Shown in pieces: positions 63,239 to 63,617 of a DNA stretch of 63,617 bases; within the stretch, counting starts at the first letter, position 1, and the number at the start of each line of letters is the position of its first letter. The translations under genes and the position numbers were made by a program. The stretch lies in NCBI GenBank assembly GCA_964521755.1, contig CAZFSZ010000003.1, positions 1-63,617 on the forward strand. Direction: 5' to 3'. This stretch comes from an uncultured Methanosarcinales archaeon. GTDB taxonomy: Archaea > Nanobdellota > Nanobdellia > Woesearchaeales > WJKL01. A model generated the notes under the pieces. It had not been told where the DNA came from, did no database searches, and worked only from the letters and a program-made list of their open reading frames with translations.

Positions 63239-63552
63239 TTTCTCTTATCAAACCATTTCTTAACTCTCATATCAATCTTAGGCTTTGCTTCCTTCCCTAA
63301 TGAATAATAGATTTTCTCAGCTTGTCCGCCCCAGGAATAATCTCCTTTCTCCATCTTTATCGCCTGCACTTTAAACTCATTTGTCGCAAGACCTTTCTTC
63401 AAATGATAATAGATGCTTCTCATAGTTACTGCTGGAAATATTTCCCTGTAAACTCTGTAGATATCATACCCATATCCTTTCTTCATAAAATAAAGTATCT
63501 CTACAATATTCTGCCTTATCTTTGATTCAACAGGTCTCCCTCTCTTCGCCAT
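63235..63552 (-). CDS. small winged-helix DNA-binding protein (PadR-like)
   Basis: IRQNIVEILYFMKKGYGYDIYRVY...TMRSIYYHLKKG is a wHTH pattern. 105 aa. Confidence 0.5.
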   Translation of the reverse strand: MAKRGRPVESKIRQNIVEILYFMKKGYGYDIYRVYREIFPAVTMRSIYYHLKKGLATNEFKVQAIKMEKGDYSWGGQAEKIYYSLGKEAKPKIDMRVKKWFDKRK

Positions 63553-63617
63553 AACAAATAAAATCTAAAACTTATTTAAATACCTTTCCATATTGAAAAT
63601 AAATAATATTTTTCGTA

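Noticed and set aside
1-63617. Search for CRISPR arrays, DGR (reverse transcriptase with TR/VR pairs), transposases/IS elements, integrases, prophage genes and classic toxin-antitoxin or restriction-modification genes.
   Set aside because: I saw no regularly spaced direct repeats, no RT, transposase or integrase motifs and no TR/VR-like duplicated segments. The only mobile element is the aRF1 intein, and the only tandem repeat is the 42-nt coding repeat.

Overview
AT-rich, very compact archaeal chromosome segment. Archaeal markers include a histone, aIF5A with the hypusine loop, aIF5B, aRF1, aEF-1beta, AglB/STT3, RpoP, L37Ae, L40e, Pcc1, prefoldin beta, BHB-intron tRNAs, and TATA boxes at a fixed distance from start codons. 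The small lysine-rich proteins and sparse metabolism suggest a reduced-genome (DPANN-like) archaeon; that is inference only. Layout: (i) 0.1-4.5 kb holds an ABC exporter, a Fap7-like kinase, an NFACT-N protein and an orphan 5S rRNA. (ii) 4.5-36.7 kb is a ~32 kb surface-glycan island. It carries an RHH-nucleotidyltransferase fusion, ugd, two paralogous nucleotidyltransferases, a Wzx-like flippase and a 15-gene co-directional block. That block encodes a pseudaminic-acid-type nonulosonic acid pathway with an embedded FolD / 5-formyl-THF cyclo-ligase / formyltransferase module. The island also has a pyruvyltransferase, AsnB-like amidotransferase, methyltransferase, GT4, two GT2, a GT-C-like membrane protein, two Thr-type alkaline-phosphatase-superfamily enzymes, AglB and a geranylgeranyl-reductase paralogue. 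(iii) 36.8-41.6 kb is a four-gene cluster of secreted or anchored, highly acidic surface proteins, including a beta-barrel-like protein. (iv) 41.7-63.6 kb holds information-processing genes. These include tRNA-Trp with a canonical intron, rtcA, a Zn-ribbon plus aEF-1beta pair, a 1489-aa double-activase/dehydratase-like fusion, trm1, and a free-standing HTH-LAGLIDADG protein abutting aIF5B. They also include a DRG GTPase, MscS, and an apparent tRNA-Pro(T-loop intron)-L37Ae-RpoP-Pcc1-prefoldin-UPF0147 unit. Further downstream are aRF1 split at its GGQ motif by a 507-aa HTH+LAGLIDADG intein, then histone, aIF5A, L40e, S2P and TrmJ. I saw no CRISPR array, transposase, integrase, reverse transcriptase or 16S/23S rRNA. 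All calls come from motif reading of the ORF track and my own translation of short ORFs; no database search was possible.
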